Shown: positions 29,621-40,283, numbered from the stretch's first letter. The stretch: 64,000 nucleotides of DNA from Candidatus Poribacteria bacterium (GCA_036339735.1 JAYZAL010000101.1:8537-72536), one strand, 5' to 3'. Numbers and translations: made by a program. Notes: a model not told the origin generated them from the sequence alone.

Positions 29621-30189
29621 AGTGTCTTGTAACTGCCAATACAGTAAAATCAGTTGGATCAGTTCTAAAAGCTGACCCTTGGTCAAATTCAGGGGGGCAT
29701 GGAATCAAGGCAATCGTTAGCCTGCCTTTGAAAATTAAACATTTGGCATGCGTTCCAATTTGGTCAATTAATCATCAGTCAGTAGCAATCAAGTAGAGAA
29801 ATAATGCGCCAAAGTTAAGTGTATCGGTTAAACTATCGATTATCGTCTTCGTTTTTTTCTCAAAAGAAGTGCCTGAAAAATGTGATGTAAATGGTTTAGC
29901 TTGAGTGGCAATACGAGAACAAAGCCAGATTTTTAAGCAACATAACATACGATCAATTTTTTGTATTTAGACGAAAATTGGACTTTAAATGTTATCAAGC
30001 CAGATATTTGCTGACCGTGGTATCTTAATTTAAAAAGATGATTGTCTAATCCAGTATGAAACGTTTAGAAAAATCTGCTTTGGAAAAATAAAATTCCAAA
30101 CAAGAATATTAAGCCAATGTATGGCTCATAAATGAAACAATTAGTTTAACTAGTTTGAAGACACTCCCACTTCACTATTCAAGATAGTA

Positions 30190-31131
30190 ATGTCGCACTA
30201 CCATCATAAACCAGTTTTATGCGACGAAATAATAAAGTACTTAAAACCCACTCAAGGAGGAATCTACCTAGACGGAACTTTAGGTGCGGGTGGACATAGT
30301 GAAGCAATTTTATCCTACCCAGACACAAACGTTATTGGTTTGGATTTAGACCCCACAGCTCTAGATATCTCAGGTAAACGCCTGTCTGTTTTTGGCTCTC
30401 GGTTTCAGGCTATTAATGGAAATTTTGCCCATTGGTTATCTGAGCTGATACCAGACGAACTACAGAAGGAAGGCCTCGATGGAATTTTAGTCGATCTAGG
30501 GGTCTCCTCCATGCAAATTGACCAACCGAAGAGGGGGTTTAGCTTTCAAAAAGACGGGCCTTTGGATATGCGCATGAACCCAAATCAAGAACTTTCTGCG
30601 AGAGAAGTGGTCAACTGTTCATCGCAAGGAGAAATTGCTGAGATTTTATGGAAATTTGGGGAAGAAAGACTGTCAAAACGGATTGCGTACAGGATTGTTC
30701 AGCAACGAAGTAAAGGGGCCATTTGCCGAACGGAGGAACTCGCGAAGTTAGTATTGGACGTATACACTAAGTCGAAAATCCGTCGTCAGAAAATCCATCC
30801 TGCTACTAGGACTTTTCAAGCCTTACGTATCTTTGTCAATGGTGAGTTAGAAAACCTCCAGCAATTGCTATCCATAGGCCACAAGAGATTGAAAATAGGC
30901 GGTTATTTATGCATTATTTCTTTTCATTCTCTAGAAGATCGTCTTGTCAAGCACACTTTTCGAAAATTAGCCAGTTCTTGTATTTGTCCTACTAAAATTC
31001 CGGTTTGTCGTTGCGAGAAACGACCTGAAATTGAGATTTTGACTAGACGACCTGCTATGGCAAGCAAAGAGGAAATAGAAGTCAACCCTCGTTCGCGGAG
31101 TGCTAAACTTAGGGTCGCTCTCCGCATTTGA
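30190..31131 (+). CDS. rsmH: 16S rRNA m4C1402 methyltransferase
   Basis: HKPVL, DGTLGAGGHS, DLGVSSMQID, HPATRTFQALRI, SFHSLEDR and NPRSRSAKLR. Confidence 0.97.
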   Translation: MSHYHHKPVLCDEIIKYLKPTQGGIYLDGTLGAGGHSEAILSYPDTNVIGLDLDPTALDISGKRLSVFGSRFQAINGNFAHWLSELIPDELQKEGLDGILVDLGVSSMQIDQPKRGFSFQKDGPLDMRMNPNQELSAREVVNCSSQGEIAEILWKFGEERLSKRIAYRIVQQRSKGAICRTEELAKLVLDVYTKSKIRRQKIHPATRTFQALRIFVNGELENLQQLLSIGHKRLKIGGYLCIISFHSLEDRLVKHTFRKLASSCICPTKIPVCRCEKRPEIEILTRRPAMASKEEIEVNPRSRSAKLRVALRI

Positions 31132-31228
31132 ACTCAGTGGCATTAAGTTATCTTTTCGATAAAAATTGAATCTAGTAGTTGATAGCATTCGTTACTTGGC
31201 TTTGAATGATCTGTATAATTCCGGTGCA

Positions 31229-31543
31229 ATGTATCGTCATCAGGCTAACCCAACAAAAACGTCAAAAGTACCCTACTTGATACTGGTTCTTTTCGTCGGT
31301 GTTTTATTATTGAGTGCATGGTTTTCAACGGGCCATCGTCGTATTTTTCAAGACCTAACCTCTAAGCAAGAACAAGAGAAATTAGAGAACGAGATCAGTG
31401 AATTGAAAATTTGCATAGCTGAACTGACATCGGTGGAGCATGTTCATAAATTAGCAAAACAGATGAAAATGGTTCAATCTAGTAAACTATCGATTGTCCC
31501 TCATACTGAAGAAAATTCGTATTCGTTTGTAAAAAAGAATTAG
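31229..31543 (+). CDS. ftsL: FtsL-like cell division protein
   Basis: Single TM, coiled coil and LTS.E.V.KLA..MKM. Lies between rsmH and ftsI. Confidence 0.7.
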   Translation: MYRHQANPTKTSKVPYLILVLFVGVLLLSAWFSTGHRRIFQDLTSKQEQEKLENEISELKICIAELTSVEHVHKLAKQMKMVQSSKLSIVPHTEENSYSFVKKN

Positions 31544-33322
31544 ATGGAAAATAAAACTAGCACTTGGAACTGTCTTGGTAATAGGGCTTGGCTAGCAGCG
31601 ATTTTGATTCAATTGTGTTTGTTCAGCTTACTCATACGAGTTGTTTACATTGAATCCGTCTACGGTGATCAACTAAGGGAACGAGCAAGTATTGCACAAC
31701 CCGAAAAAGACGAAGTGGAGATCAAACGAGGTAAAATAGTTGATCGAAATGGTGAAATACTCGCAATTAATAGGAACCTTATTTCGGTTTGGGCAGATCC
31801 CAGCTTTCTAAAAATTTCACCTCACAAAGCCGCTCGGCAGTTAGCTCCGATCGTTGGTAAGTCAGAACTAACGTTGATAGAACAATTGAGCGAAAAAAAT
31901 AAGAAATTTGTCTGGCTCCAGCGAAATATTCCATATAGTCAGCTAAAATCCATTCGTTCAATGACCCAGAAGATTCAGGGGGTCAATTTTCAACTCAATA
32001 GTAAACGGGTCTATCCAAATGGTAGGCTGGCATGCCATGTAGTCGGTATAACTAGCTTCGATGGTCATGGAATAGACGGTATAGAGCGCCAGTATGATTC
32101 TTATCTCCTTCCGGCTAGCCAATCCGATACACATATTAAAGATAGGGCCGAGTCAATTGATAATTCTGATGTTGGTATATCCCCTATTGATTTGGACTAT
32201 CCACTCAGTTCTAAACCACTTATTCAAGGGCATACAGTTGAATTGACAATTGACAGATATCTCCAACACTTGACGGAACAAGTGTTAGCCGATGGCTGCC
32301 AAAAATGGAAAGCCAAATCAGGAACAGCTATAATTATGAAGCCTAAGACTGGAGAAATTCTAGCCATGGCAAACTATCCTAGTTATGACCTAAATCAGTA
32401 TGCAGACAGTCCTGAAGCGTACAAGCGAAATATCGCAATGTGGATGCAATATGAACCGGGATCTGTATTTAAGATTGTGACTGCGTGTGGTGTGATAAAT
32501 GAGAAGATTGCTTCAGCTGAAACCACAGAGTATTGTGAAATGGGGGCTTATCAATTACCAAATGGACATGTCATAAAGGACGTCCGACCGAATGGTTGGC
32601 TGAGCTTGAGCGAAATTATCCAAAAATCCAGCAACATCGGGATTACTAAGACTGCTGAAAAGTTAGGACATGATTCAATTTCGTCGTATGTCGAAGCTTT
32701 TGGATTTGGAAGGAAAACGGGAATTGATTTGCCATTTGAACGTAAGGGATCGCTAAGAGGTCTTCGTGTATGGGACGAGTACGCTAAAGCAACAGTACCA
32801 TTTGGACAAGGTATATCCGTCACACCACTCCAGATGTTGAATAGCATCAATACCATCGCTACTAAAGGGGTTCTCATAAAACCAAACATCGTGGGTGGGA
32901 TTCTAACAGATGGGTTTGTTGTTGGGGAAGTTAAGCGGTTTCACCCTTGCCCAATTCGACGGGTGATGTCACCAGAGACGGCCAGTAAATTAACTAAGAT
33001 TTTAGTAAAGGTAACCGAACAGGGAAGTGGAAAAAACGCTCAAGTGGATGGATATCAAGTAGCGGGTAAAACTGGAACATCACAGAAGGCGGTAGCGAAC
33101 CAAGGCTATGTTAAGGGTAAGGTTGTTGTCAGTTTCGCAGGTTTCCTACCCGCCGATGATCCCCTTATTTCAGTTATAGTAGTAATTGATGAACCTCTCG
33201 GTGCACCTCTGAGTACAGAAGTTGCAGCCCCAATGTTTCAAGAAATTGCTGGTCAATCGATGAACTACATGTCCCAAAAGTATAATCTCACGAAAGAAGT
33301 CGAATTAGCGGTACATCGATAG
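31544..33322 (+). CDS. ftsI: Class B PBP (FtsI/SpoVD family)
   Basis: RGKIVDRNG, EPGSVFK (SxxK), KSSN and GKTGT. Confidence 0.92.
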   Translation: MENKTSTWNCLGNRAWLAAILIQLCLFSLLIRVVYIESVYGDQLRERASIAQPEKDEVEIKRGKIVDRNGEILAINRNLISVWADPSFLKISPHKAARQLAPIVGKSELTLIEQLSEKNKKFVWLQRNIPYSQLKSIRSMTQKIQGVNFQLNSKRVYPNGRLACHVVGITSFDGHGIDGIERQYDSYLLPASQSDTHIKDRAESIDNSDVGISPIDLDYPLSSKPLIQGHTVELTIDRYLQHLTEQVLADGCQKWKAKSGTAIIMKPKTGEILAMANYPSYDLNQYADSPEAYKRNIAMWMQYEPGSVFKIVTACGVINEKIASAETTEYCEMGAYQLPNGHVIKDVRPNGWLSLSEIIQKSSNIGITKTAEKLGHDSISSYVEAFGFGRKTGIDLPFERKGSLRGLRVWDEYAKATVPFGQGISVTPLQMLNSINTIATKGVLIKPNIVGGILTDGFVVGEVKRFHPCPIRRVMSPETASKLTKILVKVTEQGSGKNAQVDGYQVAGKTGTSQKAVANQGYVKGKVVVSFAGFLPADDPLISVIVVIDEPLGAPLSTEVAAPMFQEIAGQSMNYMSQKYNLTKEVELAVHR

Positions 33323-33337
33323 AGTGTCTTCAAACTA

Positions 33338-34831
33338 GTGAATTTAGACAAACTACTAGATGGCTTAGAAATCCAATCAACAGTTGGTCGATTGGATCGA
33401 TCAGTAGGTTCTGTTGTCACCGACCATCGGAAAATCCAACCTGGATCGGTTTGGGTCTGTTATAGGGGAGTTTTAATTGATGCACATCGATTCATGGCTC
33501 AAGCTGTAGATAAACGACCAATAGCCATCATCGCAGAAAAGTCAATACCCGTCCGAACACCAACGAATATAGCTTATGTTCAAGTTGATAATAGTAGATC
33601 AGCATTAGCTCGAATAGCGGCCAATTGGAACGACCGGCCCGCCGAGAACTTGGATTTAATTGGTATTACAGGAACTAATGGGAAGACTTCAACTGCGCAT
33701 TTCATTGCCAGTATTTTTCGTTTAGCTCATCTTGAATCAGCGCTTCTAGGTACAATTGGTTATTACTTAGGAAAAACAGCACTACCCGCACAATCAACCA
33801 CACCCGACCCTCTGACTTTACACGGTCTTTTCGCTCAAATCTACCAAAACCAAATTCGCCACGTTATTATGGAAGCGTCTTCTCAAGGCTTAGACCAGAG
33901 AAGGTTAGATCACCTCAAATTCCAAGTTGCAGTCTTTACTAATCTAACTCAAGATCACCTAGATTATCATAGATCCATGAAGGACTACCTAGCGGCAAAG
34001 TTACGTCTTTTTAGGCAAACTGTACCAACAGGCCTAGCTGTTATCAACTGTGATTTGTCGTCAGATATTACTGACTCGATTTCTGCTGTAGTTCAGGAGA
34101 AATCTTTGTCCAACGTTATAACCTACGGCCTAAATGGCCAACCCAATGTGACTGCCACTAATATCAGTCAGAGCACAGCCGGTTTGAGCTTTCGATTGCT
34201 TATCTCGTCTGGCTCAGAGAAGAAATCCACTTCTATTCATCTCAAACTCTTTGGCCAGTACAATATTTACAATGCACTTGCTGCCGTATCAGTGGCTCAA
34301 CATTATCAGGTTGACTTAAACACAATCAAAAAGGGATTAGAATCAACAGTAATTCCAGGTCGGTGTGAAGCTATTAACTTGGGCCAACCCTTCACAGTTA
34401 TTGTCGATTATGCGCATACTCCCGATGGGCTGAAGAATCTGCTTCAAGGGATCAGAATGAAGGCAAGTCATCGTCTAATTGTTGTTTTCGGCTGTGGAGG
34501 AGATAGAGATTCGGACAAGCGATCTTTGATGGGGAAGGTTGCGAGTGAAATTGCTGACTACACAATTTTGACTTCTGACAATCCTCGTTCAGAGCAGCCT
34601 ATGCTCATTATCGAACAAATTTTGGGTGCGGTTAGAGGTCAATCGGATTTTGAGTACGATGTTATATTAGACAGAAAAAGGGCAATCCAACGTGCGGTGG
34701 AAATTGCTAAGATCGGTGATTTTGTGGTGATTGCTGGTAAAGGGCATGAAGGCTACCAAGAAATTGGAGGTGTGCTTTACCCTTTCGACGATCGTCAGGT
34801 AGCGACTGAGTGTATAACAAATATACTTTGA
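33338..34831 (+). CDS. murE: UDP-MurNAc-tripeptide synthetase, mDAP type
   Basis: GITGTNGKTS, TNLTQDHLDYH, DYAHTPDG, DNPR and AGKGHE. Confidence 0.96.
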   Translation: MNLDKLLDGLEIQSTVGRLDRSVGSVVTDHRKIQPGSVWVCYRGVLIDAHRFMAQAVDKRPIAIIAEKSIPVRTPTNIAYVQVDNSRSALARIAANWNDRPAENLDLIGITGTNGKTSTAHFIASIFRLAHLESALLGTIGYYLGKTALPAQSTTPDPLTLHGLFAQIYQNQIRHVIMEASSQGLDQRRLDHLKFQVAVFTNLTQDHLDYHRSMKDYLAAKLRLFRQTVPTGLAVINCDLSSDITDSISAVVQEKSLSNVITYGLNGQPNVTATNISQSTAGLSFRLLISSGSEKKSTSIHLKLFGQYNIYNALAAVSVAQHYQVDLNTIKKGLESTVIPGRCEAINLGQPFTVIVDYAHTPDGLKNLLQGIRMKASHRLIVVFGCGGDRDSDKRSLMGKVASEIADYTILTSDNPRSEQPMLIIEQILGAVRGQSDFEYDVILDRKRAIQRAVEIAKIGDFVVIAGKGHEGYQEIGGVLYPFDDRQVATECITNIL

Positions 34832-34853
34832 GGTATATTTCATCTTTTGCCTT

Positions 34854-36824
34854 TCAAAATATGATTTCATAGTCAACATCGATGACCTGTTCGCCATTCT
34901 TAGCCGAATCCTCTACACTTTTGGCATTAGCTGTGTTAGCTGTTCCATAGATGCTATTGTAATTATTACCTTTAAAATTGGCAGATTGCTGATTTAATTT
35001 GTATTTTTCATAGAAATCTGTAGACAGTTTTTGCCAGATTTGTAGTAGAGAATCCATTTGTGTGTCGATTCTTTCTATATTCAATTTTTCATCCGGTCTT
35101 AATCTCTGTTCTATAGTTTGCTGTAGGACAGTTTTGGTAAATTCGATCTCACTTTTGACCAAAGGGTCTATCTTTTCACCCTGAACAGAAAGTTCTTTTT
35201 CAGTTTCATAAATAAGATTTTCAGCTTTGTAACGAATTGTGGCCTCTTCTCTTCTGAGTTCGTCGTTTATAGAATTAGTTGCGGTTTTTCGCGCCATCCG
35301 CTGGACTTCTTGGTATAACAACCCTGAGGTATTTGTAATAGAAATTTGCCTTTGGTTATTGGTTGCCAAATCTCGAGCTGATACGCTTAAAATACCATTG
35401 ACATCAATCTCAAAACTAACGTCAATCTGGGTTTCATTCCTAGGAACTGGTGGTAGTCCACCCAAGCGAAAGCGGCCGATTGTTTTGTTAAGAGCAGCCT
35501 CTTGACTTTCCCCTTGTAGTACATGAATATCAACTGAACTTTGATTGTCTTCCGCGGTGGTAAAAGTTTTAGATTGTTGCGCGGGTATAGTAGTATTTCG
35601 GTTAATCAATCGAGTAAAAGCGCCACCCGAAATTTCGATCCCTAATGACAATGGTGTCACATCTAGAAGCAGGATTTCTTTAACTCGCGGATCACCTGAT
35701 AAAACAGCTCCTTGCACGGATGCACCAATTGCTACCACTTCGTCCGGGTTAACTCCTCTTCGCGCTTCCTTTCCAAAAATTTGTTTTACCAGCTCCTGTA
35801 CTTTTGGCATTCGAGTCTGTCCTCCAACTAAAATTACTTCGTCGACTTCATTTGCCTTAAGACCAGCATCTTCTAAGGCTTGATAGCAAGGAGGTATTAG
35901 CCGTTCAATTAGGTTGGCAGTTAGTTTTTCCAGCTTAGACCGAGAGAGACTGACGTTGAGATGTTTAGCACCATTTTTGCTTGCTGCAATGAAAGGGAGA
36001 TTAATCTCTGCTGTCAAGCTACTGGATAGCTCACATTTGGCTTTCTCTGCAGCTTCTCTCAACCTTTGGGTTGCTATGGGATCGTCGTATAAACTTGCTC
36101 CACAGTTAATCTCAAATTCTTCTGTCAGCGATTCAATGATAGCTTGGTCGAAGTCATCCCCCCCCAAATGAGGGTCGCCATTCGTACTCAACACTTCTAC
36201 CAGGCCTTTACCAACCTCTAGTATTGATATGTCGAAAGTACCACCACCCAGATCATAGACAGCAATTGTAGTGGGATCTGCTTGGTCTAGGCCATACGCT
36301 AAAGCGGCAGCAGTTGGCTCATTGATGATTCGTAGAACATTCATCCCCGCTATGGTACCAGCATCTTTTGTCGCTTGGCGCTGGGCGTCATTAAAATACG
36401 CTGGTACGGTAATAACAGCTCCCGCAACCGGTTCTCCTATATATCGTTCAGCTGTCTTTTTTATTTTTTGTAGGATTTGAGCTGATATTTCTTGTGGTGA
36501 GTATAACTCCTTCCCGAGGCTAACCCAAGCATCTCCATTATGATTACAAAAGAGCTGATAGGAGACTTTCTTATTTTTCCGAATAACTTCATCGTATTGC
36601 TGACCCATAAGGCGCTTAATGGAAAAAATCGTGTTCACGGGATTAGTAATGGCCTGCCTTTTAGCAACTTGGCCAATCAGCCTCTCATAGGTCTTAGTTA
36701 TTGCAAAGACGGAGGGTGTCGTTCTTCCTCCCTCTGAATTCTCAATGATCTTTGGCTTATTCTCTTCCATAATTGCAACACAAGAGTTCGTCGTACCAAG
36801 GTCTATACCAATGACTTTGCTCAT
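34854..36824 (-). CDS. dnaK: DnaK/Hsp70 chaperone, probably a secondary paralog
   Basis: GIDLGTTNS, TVPAYFND, EPTAAALAYG, DLGGGTFD and LLLDVTPLSLG. Confidence 0.95.
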   Translation of the reverse strand: MSKVIGIDLGTTNSCVAIMEENKPKIIENSEGGRTTPSVFAITKTYERLIGQVAKRQAITNPVNTIFSIKRLMGQQYDEVIRKNKKVSYQLFCNHNGDAWVSLGKELYSPQEISAQILQKIKKTAERYIGEPVAGAVITVPAYFNDAQRQATKDAGTIAGMNVLRIINEPTAAALAYGLDQADPTTIAVYDLGGGTFDISILEVGKGLVEVLSTNGDPHLGGDDFDQAIIESLTEEFEINCGASLYDDPIATQRLREAAEKAKCELSSSLTAEINLPFIAASKNGAKHLNVSLSRSKLEKLTANLIERLIPPCYQALEDAGLKANEVDEVILVGGQTRMPKVQELVKQIFGKEARRGVNPDEVVAIGASVQGAVLSGDPRVKEILLLDVTPLSLGIEISGGAFTRLINRNTTIPAQQSKTFTTAEDNQSSVDIHVLQGESQEAALNKTIGRFRLGGLPPVPRNETQIDVSFEIDVNGILSVSARDLATNNQRQISITNTSGLLYQEVQRMARKTATNSINDELRREEATIRYKAENLIYETEKELSVQGEKIDPLVKSEIEFTKTVLQQTIEQRLRPDEKLNIERIDTQMDSLLQIWQKLSTDFYEKYKLNQQSANFKGNNYNSIYGTANTANAKSVEDSAKNGEQVIDVDYEIIF

Positions 36825-36828
36825 ATTC

Positions 36829-37287
36829 CTATCTCCGAAACTTGATAATCCTAGTCCATTTAAAAAACAAAGACTGGGATCTATTCATGTTTACTCGTCT
36901 GGATTGGAACAGCGAGCTCGTGCTTGAAGCAATGGCTTTATTAACGAATTGGACAAATTGAGGAAGGTGAAGCGGCTTAGGTATAAAGGTGTAAGCACCT
37001 GCCTCCATTGCTTCGAGACGTACATCCAAACCGCGATTAGCACTCATAATGATGCTTGGTAGGTCTGAGTCAATAGTACGAATTCTTCTGGTCAGGTCCG
37101 CACCTGTAATATCCGGTAGTTCTAAGTCTGTAATCAGTAGAGATAACTGGTTCGTTTCAAACTGTACCCATGCTTCGTGCCCGTTTGTAGATGAAAGGGT
37201 GTCATACCCAGCCCGATTTAAAACTTCACAAACAACTGCTAGGGTTTCTTTGTTGTCATCTACGACCAAAATAGGATTTTTAATCAT
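36829..37287 (-). CDS. Stand-alone response regulator receiver with basic C-terminal tail
   Basis: ILVVDD, ITDLELPDITG, IMSA and FIPKP. Confidence 0.88.
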   Translation of the reverse strand: MIKNPILVVDDNKETLAVVCEVLNRAGYDTLSSTNGHEAWVQFETNQLSLLITDLELPDITGADLTRRIRTIDSDLPSIIMSANRGLDVRLEAMEAGAYTFIPKPLHLPQFVQFVNKAIASSTSSLFQSRRVNMNRSQSLFFKWTRIIKFRR

Positions 37288-37382
37288 TTAACTTAACTAT
37301 ATTATTTCTAATAGTTGGTTCATGCTAGCCAACGGACTTTCTACTCTAACTTAGAAATATGAAAATGTTACTTCTGACGGTT

Positions 37383-37398
37383 AGCAATTGCTATGCCA
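37383..37398 (-). promoter_or_regulatory. sigma54 -24/-12 promoter
   Basis: TGGCATAGCAATTGCT on the minus strand with exact GG-N10-GC spacing, ~95 bp before the receiver start. Confidence 0.75.
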
Positions 37399-37679
37399 GA
37401 TTCAATTTGTTGCAATCGCTGATAGCTAGATAGTATTTTATGCCTAATGATGATTATAGAACACCGAGTCAGATATTTTTGCGATGCCAATTGGGCAAAA
37501 GTAGAAATATTCGTTAGGGAAAGTTAGTATACTTAATTCTAACCAATTTTCTAGCCTTTTCTGCCTCATTAGCTGTATAAAGGTATTCGTAGAAATCGAT
37601 TGAAAGGACGGTATTTCAATGGCGCTGCGGTAGCAATTGACGGCTTTGCACACTTCCAAATGCCGACCGCCAATCATAC

Positions 37680-38120
37680 ATGAGACTTAATAATTTTTCA
37701 ACCCCAAAAATTGAATACTTGGATCATACAGCTGATTTAGGTGTCCGAGTTTATAGCGAAAACTTACAAAACCTTTTTGAGAGTACAGCTGAGGTGATGC
37801 TGTCCGCGATTGCAGAACCCTCCACCGTCGAAGAAGCTATGTTAATAGAGATCGTTGTTAAGGCAATAGGTTTGCCTGACTTGATGAGAAAATGGCTAGA
37901 TGAGATTAACTTCCGGCATGAAGTAGATGGGTTTCTTTTCCGTCGTGCCGAGGTCAGGGAAATTTCTGCGTATAGTGTACGATCCGTAGTTTTTGGTGAA
38001 CCATATGATAGGAGTAAGCATACCAGATTAACCGAGATAAAGAGCGTAACTTTTCATCAATTGAGAGTAGAACAATTGATGGACAAAAGTTGGGTTGCTC
38101 AAGTCGTTTTCGATATTTGA
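37680..38120 (+). CDS. Archease
   Basis: YLDHTAD, EIKSVTFH and C-terminal VVFDI. Confidence 0.9.
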   Translation: MRLNNFSTPKIEYLDHTADLGVRVYSENLQNLFESTAEVMLSAIAEPSTVEEAMLIEIVVKAIGLPDLMRKWLDEINFRHEVDGFLFRRAEVREISAYSVRSVVFGEPYDRSKHTRLTEIKSVTFHQLRVEQLMDKSWVAQVVFDI

Positions 38121-38128
38121 TTTACTCG

Positions 38129-39247
38129 ATGGCTCAGCGAGTAGGTGTTTTTTTTAATAGGCTAGCGGAATGGTTGGCACTTTTGGGTTCTTTTTTAGTG
38201 CAAAAGTTGTTGTATCGATCTCAATTACCAAAAAAATTTGCACCAAAGAAAATTCTGGTGATAAAACTAGACCACTTTGGTGATTTGCTCATTTCGACTG
38301 CTGTCTTCAATAATTTACACGTCAATTTTCCAGCCGCCACAATTGATGTACTTATTGGGCATTGGGGGAGAACGGTTTTGGAAAATCACCCCTATATTCA
38401 CCAATTGTTTTTCTATAATTCTCCCCTCTTTTCCAGGCAGACCAAAGCCTCAAGTTTTTGGTCTGCAATTAGAATCATGTTTCGGCTGTGGCGAAAGTAT
38501 GATCTGGTTGTTGAGTTAAGAGGTGATTCTCTGACTGTTGTTATGGCACTTTTGAAAAGTACTCCTTATCGTATCGATCGAGCCTGTTATCAGATTGAAC
38601 AAAAAATGAATGGGACTTCGTCCGACGACCGGCATGAAATTGATCGAAACTTGGACTTACTCAAACAGCAAAAGCTCCAAATTTTCTCACGGATGCCAAG
38701 CTTCTACCCGTCGTTAGTTGACCAAGATTGGGCTGATATTTACTATGCTAATCTACCAAGTAATCGGCCGCTAGTAGTTATTCATCCTGGCTCCCCAGTT
38801 GAGCTTAAGCGATGGCCTGCGGAGAGCTTTGCTGAGTTGTCCGAATGGTTGATTGAATTCTACCAAGCCACAGTTGTTTGGGTTGGAGACATTTCTGAAA
38901 ACAAGTTAATAGAGAGCATTCAAAAATCTACGTCTCAAAAGACTATTAGTTTGTTAGGCCAGACAAATTTTGGTCAACTCGGAGCACTGTTGAAGAATAC
39001 CAAACTTTTTATTGGGAATGATAGTGCACCTATGCATTTAGCTGCAATGATGGGCACAAGTGTTGTAGCACTCTATGGTCCAAGTGATCCCAAAAGATTC
39101 GGCCCTCTTGGAATTGATAGCCACATTATTCGAAAAAAAAGTGATTGTCCACCGTGTATGTCGACTTATTGTAAATTGGATGGGCTTGGTTGTATGAGAA
39201 ATATTTCGTTAGCCGACGTTCAAAAAGCTGTTGCTCTATTGTTGTGA
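38129..39247 (+). CDS. GT9 ADP-heptose:LPS heptosyltransferase family
   Basis: ILVIKLDHFGD, IHPGS...KRWP and GNDSAPMHLAA. Confidence 0.9.
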   Translation: MAQRVGVFFNRLAEWLALLGSFLVQKLLYRSQLPKKFAPKKILVIKLDHFGDLLISTAVFNNLHVNFPAATIDVLIGHWGRTVLENHPYIHQLFFYNSPLFSRQTKASSFWSAIRIMFRLWRKYDLVVELRGDSLTVVMALLKSTPYRIDRACYQIEQKMNGTSSDDRHEIDRNLDLLKQQKLQIFSRMPSFYPSLVDQDWADIYYANLPSNRPLVVIHPGSPVELKRWPAESFAELSEWLIEFYQATVVWVGDISENKLIESIQKSTSQKTISLLGQTNFGQLGALLKNTKLFIGNDSAPMHLAAMMGTSVVALYGPSDPKRFGPLGIDSHIIRKKSDCPPCMSTYCKLDGLGCMRNISLADVQKAVALLL

Positions 39248-39331
39248 TTGTGATAAGCTTAGAAGCTAGATTGGAATTACTAGGTTAACTTCAATAACAA
39301 TCAACTTTGGAAATTGAAGAGGTTTTACAGT

Positions 39332-40168
39332 ATGCATAAAGTGATTAGATTAGCGGCCATTTGTTGTTCGTTGTTGGTAGCCGTTTTTATAATGGGGTGT
39401 GGGGAGGATTCTACTTCACCAACAAAAGTCAAAAAAGAGAATAGCGATGCAATCAGCCTTGCTGTCAGCCACATCGAAACCCTAAATGGAGAAAGTTTTG
39501 GCGCTAGCATGGCTCAAGAATTAGAAGGGCAAGGCGTCAAACTGTCAGAAACTTCGACAGTTTGGTCTCGAGTTACTGATGAAGAATGGTTGATTACAGA
39601 TACAGAAAACGAATTGGCTTATGTTGTGAAGAACAGTGGCGGAGACAAGCTAGAAGTTAACAAAACTAGTTTCATAGATTATCAAGGTGAAGCTGACACA
39701 ATTGTCAAGTTCTGGGAAGAATACCGAAATCTCTACAATAAGAGAGAAATTACAAAGCTACTTACGCTTTGGAACAAGAAAGGGTCTGACCACATTTACA
39801 TTAACATTTCAGAAAATGAGCCATTAAGTGGGGACGGTGCCGAGGGGGTAAGAAACGTTTTGCTGAAATTATCTAAGGGGCATCACTCAACCAAGAGCGA
39901 CAATTGGAAAGGAAGCCCTATGAACGAAGTTTATATCAAGAAACGTGGGTCTACTTTGGTTGCTTCGGCGACTGGTCCAAACGCTTTCAGAAACCCTGGG
40001 CAGACTTGGGCCTATTTTGTTAAAAATGATATAGGAAAATGGAAAGTCAGTAAAGTTGAGTCGATTGAACAGCGCAACATGGGTAAACATGACCGAATTT
40101 TAATCCACGAAAAAGACGCTGAAGACAAAATTGGCTACTTCGATGACAAGAAAACACGGGTCAAATAA
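39332..40168 (+). CDS. Hypothetical lipoprotein
   Basis: Lipobox FIMG-C after a hydrophobic stretch, long clean ORF. Confidence 0.7.
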   Translation: MHKVIRLAAICCSLLVAVFIMGCGEDSTSPTKVKKENSDAISLAVSHIETLNGESFGASMAQELEGQGVKLSETSTVWSRVTDEEWLITDTENELAYVVKNSGGDKLEVNKTSFIDYQGEADTIVKFWEEYRNLYNKREITKLLTLWNKKGSDHIYINISENEPLSGDGAEGVRNVLLKLSKGHHSTKSDNWKGSPMNEVYIKKRGSTLVASATGPNAFRNPGQTWAYFVKNDIGKWKVSKVESIEQRNMGKHDRILIHEKDAEDKIGYFDDKKTRVK

Positions 40169-40267
40169 ACAATCATGATGCTGGTGCACCTTATGGTGCG
40201 CCAAGAGGTGTGAGTGTCCGTTTTGGGGCACATTGGCGCCAGGTTTGGGGCTAGGAGCTGGGTTTTC

Positions 40268-40283
40268 TGGCATTTATATTGCT
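40268..40283 (+). promoter_or_regulatory. sigma54 -24/-12 promoter
   Basis: TGGCATTTATATTGCT with GG-N10-GC spacing. Upstream palindromes at ~40182-40203 and 40214-40231. Confidence 0.75.

Noticed and set aside
29685-29740. Translation FRGAWNQGNR*PA faintly resembling the MraZ N-terminus
   Set aside because: It lacks the D.KGR core spacing and has no start codon or continuing similarity, so it is probably chance.
40185-40200. NtrC box
   Set aside because: TGCACC-N4-GGTGCG is one base shorter than TGCACC-N5-GGTGCA. Kept only as an unassigned palindrome.
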